Below are positions 10,043-20,071 of a stretch of 26,944 bases of DNA, piece by piece. This DNA comes from Thelocarpon superellum (lineage: Eukaryota), in contig JAPEUG010000022.1 in assembly GCA_026025795.1 (NCBI GenBank), positions 62,001 through 88,944 of the forward strand, in the 5' to 3' direction. Under the pieces are notes generated by a model. The model ran no database searches, had not been told where the DNA came from, and saw only the letters and a list, made by a program, of their open reading frames with translations. How positions within the stretch are numbered: position 1 is the first letter of the stretch; each line of letters opens with the position of its first letter. Position numbers and translations under genes: made by a program.

Positions 10043-11611
10043 TCACGCCTTAGGACCAGCCTTGGCCTTGGCCTTGGCGACCGGCTCGCCGTCGTCGTCG
10101 AATTCAGCCCACTGGAAAAAAGGACAGCTGCACACGAAGCGCTCATCAGTTCATCTCATGCCACCGGGAAAGGCACCTAGAACGGGGTGTGGGAAGAAGA
10201 AGTTCAAACTCACCCCTTCTTCCCATCCGCTCCGACAGGGTTGTTCCCCACGTCGCACATCCAAAAGTAGCGGCCTGCGTTCTCCTTCTTACGCTGCACA
10301 CACCGCAGGACGCATGCGACGTTGCATTGACATCGAGGCGTGTGGCGCGGGTGGAATGAGTCGCGGTAATGGCGATACGTGACGTTGATCCGCTTCGCGC
10401 CCGCGATCGGGTGCGGGTCGATGGCTTGGGCCGGCGCGATGCTGTGTTTCCATTCTTCTTGCATCTCCGCGTGCATCACGAGCAGTGAATTGTGCGGGAG
10501 GTGGATTGCAATCTGTCCTTCTGCGTCGGCGCGGGCGCGAGCGGTTGGAGATTTCCCTGACCCTATGGGCCCGGACGGGTCCTGCTCGGCGGCGTTGTTG
10601 GCTGTTTCGTCGGACTCGTTGACGTCGTCCCGCGGTACGATGCGGCGGACTCGGAATTCTCGTGCCACTCCGAGGCTCAAGCTCCCGATGATAGCGCGCG
10701 GGCCGAGATAGGTCAGTTGGTCCGCGTGGTAGCCAACGCTCTCATGGCCGCCGTTGTAGCAATTCACAAAGGCCGCGTTGGGGATCCACGGGTGCGGCGA
10801 TTGGTACTTCAGCTTCTTGCCGTCGGGGGAATGCGTCTTGATTCGTGTGGCGACCGCTTCGTTGACTGCTTCTTGCACCTTTGGGGATACGTCTCGCATG
10901 CGAGGGGTGATCTGTCGGATATCCTGCTCCGACTGTGAGGGAGAGGGACCTCGACTGACAGGTCCAACGTACCTGGAGATAGCGGCCGTTGTAGAGGTAG
11001 TCGGTCCTCTGTGCCTTTGCCTCCTCGAGGCTTTGCACGTAGAAAGAAGCAGAGTGTGGGCTCGAGACAACATTCTCGAACAATTTGAACTCGTATCGTC
11101 CAAATGTACTAGCCTCGTCCAACAGTTCTCGTAGAAGACTATTGGCTTCCTCGACCGGGAGGAAATGATGGACAATCGAGCAGGGCGTGTGGGCCGCCAC
11201 ATCTTCCGGGGCGTACAGATGCAGCGTCTTCCCCTTCCTCGTCAGCGGCTTCAGAGACGCTCCATCCTTTGCAGTTGGATCCGACGGCTGGGCCGCGAAT
11301 CTCGATATCGAGCTTTGGTATGACAGACTCCCGGTAGCAGACTTCTTTCTGGGAGAATCTTCAAGGCCAGGGTTGGAGAGTGCTCGAGAGGTGGCCTCGA
11401 CAGATCCATCATTTGCCAGCAGAAAATCAAGTAAGAGTTGTGCCTCGACGTACGGATGTAGAGAGGCCAGGACCGCAAGTTTGATCTCGGTGGAGTCTTC
11501 TTCTCCATCTCGATCAAGAGGCAGGATTTCCGACTTGCTCCTAGGCTCGGCGGACGATGTCTCGGGCGAAGTGAAACGGCGTCGTTTGCGGGATACAAAG
11601 GCCTCCATCAT
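10043..11611 (-). CDS. AlkB-family (ALKBH2/3-like) 2OG-Fe(II) dioxygenase with N-terminal CUE-like region and C-terminal GRF-type zinc finger, ~477 aa; exons 11611-10973, 10923-10214, 10127-10043
   Basis: NAAFVNCY, GYHADQL (HxD), IGSLSLG..REF, HNSLLVMH..QEEWKHSI, RINVTYR. GRF finger CQC..GRYFWMC..GCPFFQW. CUE-like LAVLASLHP..LLDFLLANDGSVE. Canonical introns in phase. Confidence 0.9.
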
Positions 11612-11902
11612 GCCCAAGGTATTGCACGGAGGGAAGCATCTGAGCGGCGAACATCAACACGCCCAAACTTCGCCTCGAGCTCACGTCCGCGTAAGTGTCT
11701 CGCTATCAGATCGCCCATCGCCCCGCTGGCTGACCCGCCAATGAGGCTGGACCTCGGCAGGTGCGCCGACCAGCTTCCCGAGGCCTCTACTGTATGACTT
11801 ACCTTCATCTCCAGCTTACAAAATGCTCGTCTCCGATCGATGAACCTAGATCGGACCATGTGCTAGAGTATCCGTGGATGAAGTAGAAAGGATCTAGAGT
11901 CC
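11612..11902. promoter_or_regulatory. Short (291 bp) divergent intergenic region / probable bidirectional promoter between the AlkB-like gene and PEX7
   Basis: Head-to-head ATGs at 11611 (-) and 11903 (+); a CCAAT lies near 11737-11741. Confidence 0.55.
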
Positions 11903-13110
11903 ATGTCTGGAATGCTAGAGTATCGAACGCAGGGCTTCAACGGCTATGGAGTCAAATACTCCCCCTTCTTCGACTCACGCATAGCCGTGGCAGCGTCAGC
12001 GAATTTTGGATTGGTTGGAAATGGACGGCTATATATCCTTGGATTGACGGCAAATGGAATAGTGGCGGAGAAATGGCAAGCCACCCTGTTCTGTCGCACT
12101 CGTTCGTAGCTGACGCGACGCTCCAGGTTTGACACACAAGACTCCCTCTTCGACCTGTCATGGTCAGAGAGGCATGAGAATCAACTGGTGACTGCCTGTG
12201 GAGATGGATCGATCAAACTCTTTGACATTGGCATCAACGAATTCCCGATCCAATCATGGCAAGAGCACCAGCGAGAGGTCTTTTCCGTCCACTGGAATCT
12301 GGTCGCCAAGGACAACTTCTGTTCGAGCTCGTGGGACGGCACGATCAAGATCGTATGGCCTCCGACCGTTCCCCTCTCTGATGCAAGACGGACTGACTTT
12401 CCAAGTGGTCCCCCGAGCGATCCGCCTCCATCGCCACCCTTCCCACACACTCGTGCACCTACTCCGCCAGCTGGTCTCCGCACTCTCCCTCGGTCCTCTC
12501 ATCCGTCTCGTCCGACTCACACCTCCGAATCTTTGATCTCCGCACGCCGCCCTCGGCCGCAAATCATCTCCAAATTGCGATCCCCATCCACTCGAGTCCG
12601 ACCAGCATCCCCCTACGGAGCCCCACCTCCAAGTTCCCAACCTTCCCCCCCGCAGAAGCCCTCACGCACGACTGGAACAAATACCGCGACACGATCCTCG
12701 CAACGGGGGGCGTGGACCGGCTGATCCGAACGTTTGACCTTCGCGCGCCCAAAAGCGGCCCGATCGCCATCCTAGCCGGCCACGACTACGCCGTGCGCAA
12801 ACTCACGTGGAGCCCGCATCTCTCGGACCTCCTCCTCAGCGCGAGCTACGACATGACGTGTCGAGTGTGGACGGACGCCGGCCGCACAGGAGCTGACGGC
12901 GCGGTCCCGGGCGGCGCGGCGCCAGGGAGCGGAGTGGGAGGGCTTGGTGCAGCAAGCGGATCAGGACGAGAAATCGGTCGCATGAGCCGACATACGGAGT
13001 TCGTGACGGGCGTGGATTGGTGCCTTTTTGGCGCAGAGGGCTGGTGCGCGAGCTGTGGATGGGACGAGCGGTTGTGCGTTTGGGACGTGAGGGCTGTTAT
13101 GGCTCCTTGA
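11903..13110 (+). CDS. PEX7: Peroxisomal targeting signal 2 receptor Pex7 (WD40), 367 aa; exons 11903-12075, 12127-12352, 12406-13110
   Basis: MLEYRTQGFNGYGVKYSPFFDSRIAVAASANFGLVGNGRL; FDTQDSLFDLSWSE; SSSWDGTIKIW; HDWNKY; GHDYAVRKLTWSPH..LSASYDMTCRVW; HTEFVTGVDW. Intron 1 is GC-AG; intron 2 ends in AAG. Confidence 0.96.
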
Positions 13111-13458
13111 CACGTCGTTATCTGCCGTGGAGAGCGGCAATCGGGTGTCTTGGCATGCCAGGGACAAAGGCGGTCGGACGGATGGATGGATGGAAGCTTG
13201 TCTTTGAGCGTAAGCATTTTACAGGTCTATGATTCTACGTCTACGGTTCGACGTCAAATGAGACCCACATATTGCCAGTTCGTCTTTATTGAGTACGAAG
13301 CAGGCAGAGAGGACCAGACCAGAGTAGACTGGCTATCTATACTGTCGTTCGCCCTATCTGCGCCACGGCTCATCCGTTGGGCAATCAATCAGTCATGCTA
13401 GTCGCATCATGAAGCTGAGAGGCAGAGCAGAGTGGTAAAGCAGAAAGATAGAGAAGGG

Positions 13459-13499
13459 GAGAGAGAGAAAGAGAGCGTGAGAGAGAGAGACAGAGAGAG
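13459..13499 (+). repeat. Imperfect (GA)n microsatellite within a purine-rich tract between the convergent PEX7 and vWA-like genes
   Basis: GAGAGAGAGAAAGAGAGCGTGAGAGAGAGAGACAGAGAGAG; purine bias continues to about 13700. Confidence 0.8.
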
Positions 13500-13964
13500 T
13501 ATGTGTATGAGTTGTTTGTGCAGAGCAGAGGGGAAAGGTGGGGCATAATAGAGACACGGGAGAAGAGAAGAAAGAAAGGTAGAGCAGAAGAAAAGAAACC
13601 ATCACCATACAAGAAGAGAGAGCGTCGAGACAACGAGCAGGACATCTTTCCAGTCAAAGCAGAGGTGGAGTCAAAAGCAAAGGCAAAAGTCAAAGCACAA
13701 TCCTACTCGAGCGCACAACCAGAGCAATGCAAGGCAGGTAGGCCACCGAGCACCGACACCAGTGGCGGACAGACGAGGCGCAATCAGAGGCCACGCTTGC
13801 TGCTTGCTTCGCTGATGCAGGGACAAAGGCAACCTCCCGAAATCCAAACGTAACCATGCATATTCACGCGGAATCCACGCCGCCTGAACTCGTCAACACC
13901 CCGTCCCGTCCGTTTCGTCGTGGCGATCCATGTACTCGTGCGGGGGCGTGGAGGTCCCCGATGC

Positions 13965-16773
13965 TTATCCACGACCGTTCTCGGGCTGTGGGGTTGCGGT
14001 GCGCGAAGGACCGACCCGCGCCGGGGGAGATCTGCAGGACATACTGTCGTCGTACCCGAGACTGGCCAATGGTCGATGGTAGGGCGCCGTGGGGTGGGAG
14101 ATGACGCTCGAGAAGACCTTGTCGCGCACGTTGAGCCGGTCTCCCAGTGGGTGTTTCAACAGCTCGACGGTGGTGGCGTGGTACCGAAGCTCCTCGATGA
14201 TCTGTTTCAAGTAGGTGGGGCACGGCGTGTCGTACACGTTCGGTCCAAAGTAGTCCTGCAGCGCCCGTACCGCTGCGCGCGGGGTGTGGTGAGTGGCGAG
14301 GAAAAAGGCCAGTCGTTGGTAGACGCCGACCTTGCGCGCGGTATCGCCATGCCGACGGGACGACTGGCTGGATCCCCAGGACTGATCTCGGGTGTGTCGC
14401 CGGATGGATGACCGTGCTTTGGCAGAAAGGTTCATGTGCGGGACGCTGGCATGTTGGTAGCTAGCGGTCACGGTCAAAGCTGGCGTTGTCGCTTCGCCGA
14501 GCATGGCGTCCAGCTGCGCAAGCATATCCATCGAGCTCATGCGCGAACCAGCATCGGATGCGCGTGACCCCGGTGGATCGGGGTGAGTGTGGCCGACGTG
14601 CACCTTGACAAAAAGCTGTGCGACCTGGCCAGCGCCCAGAGTGGCGGAGGAAGTGTCGCCAAGCACTTCGATGATCTCACAATTCGGACCGGACCGAATG
14701 GAAATCTGCACGTCGTCCAACTTGCCCGCGGTATTGCTGGTGCGGAGGTGCGCCAGCACTTCGCGTAGCCGTGCAGGAAGACCGTCGCTGTCGTTGCAGA
14801 GGGCGGTGGAGTGTAGGCGGGGCGGGAACATGGAGCTCAGTTGCCAGCCCTTGGTACAGTGACGGATCGCGGTCCAAGGCACGATGGCAGGGTTAACCAG
14901 GTGGATGGGAAATGATCCCGCCACGTTCAGCGGCGCCGCGCCAGGGTTCCCAGAGAGGAGGAGGATGTGGCCACGAGCGGCAAGGGCGGGCCGGTCCGAT
15001 GCCATGGCCACGTCCGCCTTGCTCCGCCCGTCGCGGACCACTTTCGAGAGCAGCCGAGCGGCCGTGGCTAAGCCATACTCGAGCGCCGTCTCGGTCGGCC
15101 GGTCCGAGCGCGTGCAGCGGCCCCGGATCTTGTCGAGGTGGTGTCGCGTATTCTCAAAATCCACTCGAGTCAGCCCCATGATGACCCCGTCCCCGGCAGC
15201 CGTGTGCGTGCCAACGAGGGCGAGCCGGTCCCGCAGCGGATCCAGCATCGACGCGATCAAGAGCACAATCTCGTGCGCATTCATCAGCGTCGAGGGTGAT
15301 GTGCACGCACTACCACCGGTCAGAGAGATCACGGCCTCGGGCACACCAGACCACTACTTACGAAAGATCCAGGCAGACCACCAGATTCAATCCACAGTCC
15401 GACTCGGCGTCCGTGGCCAATTCGTTGGAGTGATTGACATCCGCCGCAACTTCGACCGCCATCCAGATGCTCTGGCTGCGATCATCCATAATGCTCTCAA
15501 CCTCGGGCGTGATGCTGACCCGTGCGGCAAGCGGAGGCAACGGAGCGGAATCTGTGGAGCGAGAGAGCGAGCGTGATGGCTGCTTGTTCGTCTTGACCAC
15601 GACCCCTACCCCATGGCCCGATACAGGAGGCGAGGGGAAGGAAGCCAGAGTCTCTTCTAGGGAGGTCCGCGTCGTGAGAGTGGTGTCCGAGCTGGACACG
15701 GTCGTCGTCTGCGATCGAGGACTTGGCTCGGTGGACGGGTCACTCTCCACAAAGAAGCTATCCTGCACTTTCCTCCCCCAATGGCTGGTTGCCGAGGCTG
15801 GCTCGGACGGACCCCGATGGCGCAGGTCGCTCTCCGGCACGTCCGTGACACGCCGAGGCGAGCTCGGGGGTGGTTTCGCCACAGGGGCTTGCACCGATGG
15901 AGAGCTCGGAGCTTCGTCGCTGTCGTGGCCATCGAGCTGCAACCAGGACCTGGTATGAGAGTCTGCCAACTGTCTTTCAGCATTGGCATCTCGACGACCG
16001 CGAGAAGGGCGCTCACCAGGGGCGCGACGAGCGCGGAGGGCGGACGAGATGGGGCCTGCTTCGCCCGGCTCATTGGGAACCCGGGCGTCAGTCAACTGAC
16101 CAGGAGTCCTGCGACGGGAGGAGTGACGCGCCAGCGACAGCGTACGCGTCGAGGATGCATTGGAGATGGATCGAGTGAAGTCTCGCTCGCGCTCATCCCC
16201 TCGAAGACTGCTGGCGGCGCTGAAGCCGACATTGCTCTGTCGGTGCTTCCGCACGCTCAGCACATTGGTCACGTCCCACGCAAGCGCGTTCTCGGGAGGC
16301 GACATCTCCTCCAGCGTCGAGAGGGCTTGCGTCGTCGCCCGCGCCGAGCCGGACGGGCCGGATCGAAGCACGATGGACGAGCGTCGTGGCGGAATCTTGA
16401 TGGGCGGGGGCCGCGCCGTGGGTGCGGCGTGCGTGGTGTTTGTGCTCGAGCACGAGCACGAGAGCTCTCTCGGGGCCACTGGAGGTTGATTGCTCATCGG
16501 GAGGGACGGCACACGGGATGAGGGGCCGGGCGGCGGCGGACGGGACCGTGGGCGTGGGCCTGGGCGCGGTTCTGGAGATGGCTGAGGGCGTTTCACGATG
16601 CGGAGAGGTTCAGGTCGAAGTTCGTCGAATCTCCACCGAGCACATTGCGAGCAGGGACAGAAGTATGGACTGTGCGTCGGGTGATACGACGTCCTGCTCT
16701 TGCTTTGGTGACAACGTGCATTAGACTCGGTAATCTGCAATGGTTCTTGCGCTCTTGTACGACCACCCGCCAT
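13965..16773 (-). CDS. Uncharacterised protein, ~918 aa: long Pro/Ser/Arg-rich disordered N-half plus degenerate vWA-like domain and beta-rich C-terminal region; exons 16773-15362, 15309-13965 (true start uncertain)
   Basis: Two long ORFs joined by phase-2 intron 15361-15310 (GTAAGT..CTGAC..TAG). vWA-like elements: IWMAVEV, LNLVVCLDLS, TETALEYGLATAARLL, HILLLSG, PIHLVNP; then TLGAGQVAQLFVKVHV and LTVTASYQH. Confidence 0.75.
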
Positions 16774-17391
16774 CACCAGCAGTGACGGCCCGACGCCCGC
16801 GCGGTGCCGGTGGCTTGAGACCTGATGAGGTCCGACCCGAGACCCGACTCCTGCTCCGAGTCGTTCTCCGCTAGGACCTACTCCGGCCCGGTGGAGGGAC
16901 CAACCTCCGCCTTCCTGGCCGTGAAGAGTCCCTTCGACGTGTCGGATCACCTATGTGACTCGTCACACCACCCAGGGCTCGCTAGCGCCGGGTGGCGTTC
17001 ACCACCGACAGAGCCGTCACTGGCACTGGGGGCACCGGGACTCGCAGCGATCAAGCGAGGTGGTGCGTGTTCATCAACACCAGCGTCCTGGTGTCGGGGT
17101 GAATCAGTCAAGCGAGCCTTTCGTGGAGCGGGATGACGGCGTAGCTCATTCACCACCGGCGATGGTAACAAGCGAGCTGTCTTAGACCAGTGCCCGGATT
17201 TGAAAGCACCCAGTTCTTTGATCGTGCTCCTGTTGATGAGATGGGGTCAGCGATGTTGATCGCAGTGGCAACGGTGATGGTGACGATGGCGCGGGTGATG
17301 GCGATGGCGCTGGGGCTATCACCGGCTGCAGCGTGCCGCGTCTCGCCACTCGTAATGACGACGCGCCGAACTTGGCCCGCGCGTGGCAGGT

Positions 17392-17748
17392 TCAGACGGG
17401 GAGAGTTGGCTCCACGTTCCGGTTGGAGACCTCTCTCCTGCGAGTCACCAGGGCCGTCCACGTGGCCTGCGGCGGGTCGGGAGATACTCTCTTGTGCGGA
17501 CGCGCTCGACCGCGTCTCCACGCCTGGAATTGATCCCACTTACGCCCACCAACCTCGGAGAGCGTGATGGCTAGGGTCAGTCCGCCAAAGAGGACGACGA
17601 AAGGAAGAAAGATGAGCCAGCCAAGGACCGTAGCACTGTTGGGATCGCTCATGACATACACAGGTCCCTCCTGGCGCACGGCGGCTCGGAATGTGGTCGC
17701 GGAGAGTGGAGCTGGTGAGGTCAACGGCGCGATGGCAATGACATCCAT
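17392..17748 (-). CDS. Putative small single-pass membrane protein, 118 aa
   Basis: MDVIAIAP..SATVLGWLIFLPFVVLFGGLTLAITLSEVGGRKW..RRGRARPHKR: one strong TM segment followed by a basic tail (positive-inside pattern). No family recognised. Confidence 0.4.
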   Translation of the reverse strand: MDVIAIAPLTSPAPLSATTFRAAVRQEGPVYVMSDPNSATVLGWLIFLPFVVLFGGLTLAITLSEVGGRKWDQFQAWRRGRARPHKRVSPDPPQATWTALVTRRREVSNRNVEPTLPV

Positions 17749-18095
17749 GCACTGCAGAACACCAAGGTGATGCGACAAGTGGAGAGATGTGTGAAAAAGC
17801 CGGTGGGCTGATGGCGCTGATGAGGGCAAAGGGAGCGATGGATGCAATTTACAGATATCTGTCAGCAGCGCGGATGACGAGATGGTATGAAGGCAGCGAG
17901 GCAGCATGGGATCGAATGGAGACACTGGATCAAGTAAACATGGCACGCTCAAGGAGTCGTGCCGCATCACGGGCGACAGAGAGGAAGGAGCGGCGGAGAC
18001 AAGAAAGATGCACCCAATCTCCGTGCCGGGCCAGGCCAGCGGGTGCTGGAGGAAGGAGCGCCTCACGATCAGACACGTCGGCGTCATCCGTCTCG

Positions 18096-19219
18096 TCATC
18101 TCTCAGTAGGAAAATCCGCGCTGCGCTTGACATTCTCCTTGATCGTGTCCACCATGTCCCGGTCCATGTTCAGGAAACGAATCTGTCGGCCATCAGTCAC
18201 ATTTTCCGTCAGCAGTCACAGCATCGGGCTTCATACCAACTCATTGGGACCGGCCACGTTGCCGTAGAGGACGGGATCGGCTAGAGAACCCTCGATCCCC
18301 TTCTTAGCACGCTCCTCCCACACCCCCTCCCAGTTCCACTCTCCCGGCCGCTTCGTCCTGCCTACCGAGGGACCGCTGGACGTCGATGCCGTGGGCGAGC
18401 CGGCCCGTGTGAGCGCCTCGGTCAGCTCTTCTCGCGTGGCACTGGTGCGCGAGCGGTCGGGTCGGGACTTGGCGCGGTAGGTTTGCCAGGCATGCCACGC
18501 GCCCGGATTGCCCGCCGCGTCGAACGGGACGGCGTCCAAGACCTCTTCTTGTTCAAAGGCAGCCTTGATGTACTGCAGTACCTCCCGCGTGGAGATGACC
18601 GGCGACGGCGAGGGGCCGACGGAGGGAGAGCGGTCCGAGGCCGGTGTACCTGGTGCCGACGACGGCGAGAGCGGGGCCGGGCGGCCGCTGACCCGGCGTG
18701 ACCGTCCAAACCAGTGGGGAAAGCCATGGCGCAAGCTGAAGCCTCCAGGAGGAAGACGCTCGTCGTCGGTTGCGCTCACGGTGTCGCTCTCGGAGGAACC
18801 GGTTGTGTACGTATAAGTGGTTAGGGGAGTGAGAAGGGGATGAAAGATCTCCGTCGCAAAAATGACGAGCGGTGGAAGTTCGGGATAGGATGGCGGGAAA
18901 GAGATCTGGAAGCGCAAGATGGCAGACGCGTACGGTCCTGCACCCCACACCGACTACGTCAGCCGCGGCACGTAGGGGCGCGTTGGTCGACGCGGGACAC
19001 AGACCGTGGCGGACGAAGAGCACGGCCGACCAGAGCGTGGCATCACCCGGGGTGAGGGTAAGATAGACGCCTTCGGGATGGGCATACTTGAGGCTCGAGC
19101 TATGTTCCGGTCCCAGCGTCAGGTCGCGATGCCATCCATCACCTGCCGGTACTTACGCACAACTCGACCAGCAAGTGCTGGCGGCGCACCGATGGGAGAT
19201 GGCTCAAGCGTTGCGCCAT
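18096..19219 (-). CDS. AKTIP: Catalytically inactive ubiquitin E2 variant, AKTIP/FTS (fused toes, FHF complex)-like, 313 aa; exons 19219-19161, 19099-19005, 18937-18237, 18182-18096
   Basis: RRQHLLVEFSSLKYAHPEGVYL..LWSAVLFVRHGPYASAILRFQISFPPSYPELPPLVIF..IFHPLL, with no catalytic Cys downstream of HP; GNPGAWHAW; WNWEGVWEER. Three GT-AG introns keep the frame. Confidence 0.82.
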
Positions 19220-20071
19220 GAGTGGAGGAGGATGAGATCGGCACCGGTCGGCCTGACAGGTAGCGTAGGCTGGACCACCGCTCAGCAACGGCCGCAGGAA
19301 CAGGGCCGACGCGATTAACAGCGTCTTGGTGGAGGCATGAGGAGAGGTGCTGGGTGCAACTGATCTGTCTCTTCCTTTCCATGATCTACTCGAAGACACG
19401 TGCAGGTGAAGCCCTCGGGCCCAACGTCTGGATAGCCTAGGCGTTTCGAGGTGTGGTTGCTGCCTGGCTACGGGCACTGGATGAGATGCCTAGAGAAGGG
19501 ATGTCCTCTAATTGACGGTAACTAACCGCCTGTCTTACCTGCCACGGCTACCTAAGTACGCTCCGTTTCGGGCAGAATCCTTGATCATTCGCTAACAAAG
19601 TGTCTTGCGGTGACCGATTAGCGGGCCTCACCAGGATGGACTGACCAAAGATTCTAGCCAGTCAGTGCAGGGACGAGGACGAGTATCCTGAGCGCCACCC
19701 GGGGCCACGGCAGCCCTCACTCACTTCCCAGGCCGGTAGTTCTGCCGTTGAGGCGGTGGCAGGTTGTCACCAGTCGGAGAGTGAAATCATGACACTACGC
19801 GTACAAGTATGGAGAGACTGCCTCTTGATTGGGATTGAGAAGAATGAGAATATTGCAGAGGGCAACTATTCAAATAGCCGTACACTTGTGCACATGTATA
19901 CAATAAGTTAACAAGAGATCGTAAAAGGTCGTCCACCAAACTCCTCTACAAGAAAGCCTTCGTGCCAAAGAGCCGGCCTTGCTGAGCCGCCGCGCCACTT
20001 TCCATCACCGCATGAGCCCGTAGGATAGGAGTCCACGAGCTACCCCAAGCCGGAGCTTTTGCGAGACTCAG

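Noticed and set aside
5316..13110. Peroxisomal gene cluster (PTS1-bearing ligase plus PEX7)
   Set aside because: Pex7 recognises PTS2 rather than PTS1, unrelated housekeeping genes intervene, and the ligase is dead.
13385..13693. Hydrophobic ORFs that look like membrane peptides
   Set aside because: They are translations of the CT/GA-rich microsatellite tract.
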